A DNA stretch of 63,743 bases, counting the filler, from Licmophora abbreviata (lineage: Eukaryota): assembly GCA_900291995.1 (NCBI GenBank). It is 18 parts of 18 records of this genome, joined end to end, with 100 filler letters (N's around TTAATTAATTAA, not from the genome) between each part and the next. Parts side by side here need not be neighbours in the genome. Positions count along the whole stretch, not along the records: positions 61,499 to 63,743 come from OLMU01003840.1; 17 more parts are not named here. One strand, 5' to 3'. Positions 61,499-63,743 of the stretch are shown in pieces. Both the position numbers and the translations under genes were made by a program. The notes below the pieces were generated by a model, which worked only from the letters and a program-made list of their open reading frames with translations, ran no database searches and had not been told where the DNA came from. Each line of letters begins with the position of its first letter. The stretch's first letter is position 1.

Positions 61499-62040
61499 CG
61501 GGGCGGGTCAAGACGCGGCTTGGCGCGGATATCGGCATGGTGCCTGCCGCGTGGTGGTTTCGGCATCAGGTGGCGGGCCTGCTGCGGCGGCTGGAGGATC
61601 CGCGCTGGCGGCTGATCCTTGCGGTGTCGCCGGATCGTGAGGGGCGCGTCAGCCGTGTCTGGCCCGATCATCTGCCGCGCGTGCCGCAGGGGCGCGGCGA
61701 TCTGGGGGATCGGATGGGGCGGCTGCTGCGCCGTCTGCCGGCCGGTCCGGTCTGCATCGTGGGGGGCGATATTCCCGGGCTGCAAAAGGGCCATGTGGCG
61801 CGGGCCTTCGATCTGCTGGGCGGTCATGACGCGGTGTTCGGCCCGGCGCCCGATGGCGGCTATTGGCTGGTGGGGATGACGCGGATCGCACCGCCGCCCG
61901 CCACCCTGTTTCGTGGGGTGCGCTGGTCCACGTCCCATGCGCTGAGCGACAGCATCGACAGCCTGCCGGGCTGCCGCGTGGCGCTGGCCGATACGCTGAG
62001 CGATGTGGACACCGCCTCGGATCTGTTGCGGTCGCGTTAA
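61499..62040 (+). CDS. DUF2064 / TIGR04282-like glycosyltransferase-fold protein, 5' truncated
   Basis: GRVKTRL, QGRGDLGDRM, GGDIP, GPAPDGGYWLVG, LSDVD. Confidence 0.88.
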
Positions 62041-62099
62041 CGCCTCTGGCCGCGTTTTCCCGCATGGCACATGGCCCTGATCCGTGATAGGCGATCGGC

Positions 62100-63743
62100 A
62101 TGAGCCAGATGCCAAGCAAAGACGAAATTCTGCAGTGGATTTCGGATAACCCGACCCTCACCTCGAAGCGCGATATCGCCAAGGCCTTTGGGATCAAGGG
62201 GGCTGCGCGGATCGACCTGAAGCGTATTCTCAAGGAGCTTGAGGCCGAGGGCCATCTGGAAAAGCGCAAGAAGACCTATCGCGATCCCGAAAGGCTGCCT
62301 CCGGTCAGTGTGTTGCAGATTTCCGGGCAGACCTCGGACGGGGAGTTGCTGGCGCGTCCGCTGGAATGGCAGGGCGAGGGCGTGGAGCCTGTGGTGATGG
62401 TGCTGCCGCGCGCCTCGGACCCGGCCTTGGGCGAAGGGGACCGCATCCTTGGTCGTCTGCAGGAGGTCAAGGGCGAGGCGCATCATTACGAGGCGCGGCT
62501 GATCCGCCGGATCGGGACCAATCCGCGCAAGGTTCTGGGGATCTTCCGCAAGCGTGATGAAGGCGGCCGGATCGTGCCTATCGACAAGGGCGACGGCAAG
62601 GAATGGATGGTGCCGGGCGATGCCACCGGCGGCGCCAAGGATGGCGAGTTGGTCGAGGCGGAACAATCCGGGCCGAAAGGGCGGTTGGGGCTGCCGCGCG
62701 CGCGTGTCATCACCCGTCTGGGCGATCCGTCGGCGCCCAAGGCCGTGTCGCTGATCGCGATCCATCAGCACGGTATTCCCGATGAATTCCCCGATGATGT
62801 GATCGCCGAGGCCGACCGGATGAAACCCGCGGGCCTGAGCGGTCGCGACGATCTACGCGATATGCCGCTGGTCACCATCGACCCGGCGGATGCGCGCGAC
62901 CATGACGACGCGGTCTGGGCCCATGAGGATGACGACCCCAAGAACGAAGGCGGGCATGTCATCTGGGTGGCGATCGCCGATGTGGCGCATTACGTGACGC
63001 CGGCCAGCGCGCTGGACCGGGAGGCCCGCAAGCGCGGCAATTCCAGCTATTTCCCCGACCGGGTGGTGCCGATGCTGCCGGACCGTCTGTCAGGTGATCT
63101 GTGCAGCCTGCACGAGGGCGTGCCGCGCGCCTGTATCGCCGTGCGCATGCAGATCGACGCGCATGGCACCAAGGTGGGCCACCGGTTTGTGCGCGGGCTG
63201 ATGCGCTCGGCGGCGACGTTGACCTACCAACAGGTTCAGCAGGCGATGGACGGCGCGCCCGATGATGCGTGCGGGCCGTTGATGGAAGATGTGATCGCGC
63301 CGCTTTACGCGGCCTATCACGCGCTGGTCGAGGCGCGGCAAAGGCGCCAGCCGCTCGATCTGGACCTGCCCGAGCGCAAGGTGGTCCTGAGTGACGAGGG
63401 CAAGGTTCTGTCGGTCAATTTCGCCGACCGGCTGGATGCCCACAAGCTGATCGAGGAATTCATGGTGCTGGCCAATGTGGCCGCCGCCGAGACGCTGATC
63501 GCGCGCAAGTCGCCGCTGCTGTTCCGGGTGCATGAGGAACCGTCACCCGAAAAGCTGGAGACGCTGCGCGACGTGGCCGAGGCGGCGGGCCTGACACTGG
63601 CCAAGGGCCAGGTGCTCAAGACCGCGCATCTCAATGCGCTGTTGCACGCGGCGGGCAATACCGATCACGCCGAGGTCATCAACATGTCGACCCTGCGCGC
63701 GATGACGCAGGCTTATTACGCGCCGTCGAATTTCGGGCATTTC
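62100..63743 (+). CDS. rnr: Ribonuclease R (runs off the window)
   Basis: Not in ORF track. ATG at 62100; KRDIAKAFGIKG HTH, VTIDPADARDHDDAV, VAIADVAHYV, RGNSSYFPDRVVPMLP, LIEEFMVLAN, FRVHE. Confidence 0.96.
   Translation, partial: MSQMPSKDEILQWISDNPTLTSKRDIAKAFGIKGAARIDLKRILKELEAEGHLEKRKKTYRDPERLPPVSVLQISGQTSDGELLARPLEWQGEGVEPVVMVLPRASDPALGEGDRILGRLQEVKGEAHHYEARLIRRIGTNPRKVLGIFRKRDEGGRIVPIDKGDGKEWMVPGDATGGAKDGELVEAEQSGPKGRLGLPRARVITRLGDPSAPKAVSLIAIHQHGIPDEFPDDVIAEADRMKPAGLSGRDDLRDMPLVTIDPADARDHDDAVWAHEDDDPKNEGGHVIWVAIADVAHYVTPASALDREARKRGNSSYFPDRVVPMLPDRLSGDLCSLHEGVPRACIAVRMQIDAHGTKVGHRFVRGLMRSAATLTYQQVQQAMDGAPDDACGPLMEDVIAPLYAAYHALVEARQRRQPLDLDLPERKVVLSDEGKVLSVNFADRLDAHKLIEEFMVLANVAAAETLIARKSPLLFRVHEEPSPEKLETLRDVAEAAGLTLAKGQVLKTAHLNALLHAAGNTDHAEVINMSTLRAMTQAYYAPSNFGHF

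Overview
High-GC alphaproteobacterial chromosome segment; gene content and order point to Rhodobacteraceae/Roseobacter group (inference). It is a draft scaffold with 17 artificial 100-bp linkers (44 N + TTAATTAATTAA + 44 N), several of which interrupt genes. Most of the window is housekeeping or metabolic: pheT/pheS, rplT/rpmI, pyk, dgcN-dgcA-dat, ada, nth, tsaC, tsaB, rimI, nfuA, fdhD-mobA-mobB-moeA, a liv-type ABC transporter, greA, ETF-QO, ispE, ispB, phbA/phbB, rlmN and rnr. Accessory items include a BLUF photoreceptor between pheS and pheT, a LysR-controlled pxpA-BCCP-biotin carboxylase-pxpB-pxpC cluster, a VPLPA-CTERM surface protein, a GAF + small protein pair and an amidoligase + glutamine amidotransferase pair. 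The best candidate for an under-described system is a lower-GC islet (~37.9-39.4 kb). It carries a DUF3800 (DE...QxxD) gene and, just downstream on the opposite strand, a promoter-like element followed by a ~40-nt hairpin with a T-tract, consistent with a protein + small ncRNA module. Also present are three families of dispersed intergenic repeats, a G-rich minisatellite beside an orphan Phd/YefM gene, and two small ORFs missed by the ORF track (COX subunit IV and a 35-aa ORF). No rRNA, tRNA, CRISPR array, integrase or transposase was seen. All assignments come from reading motifs by eye; no searches were run.
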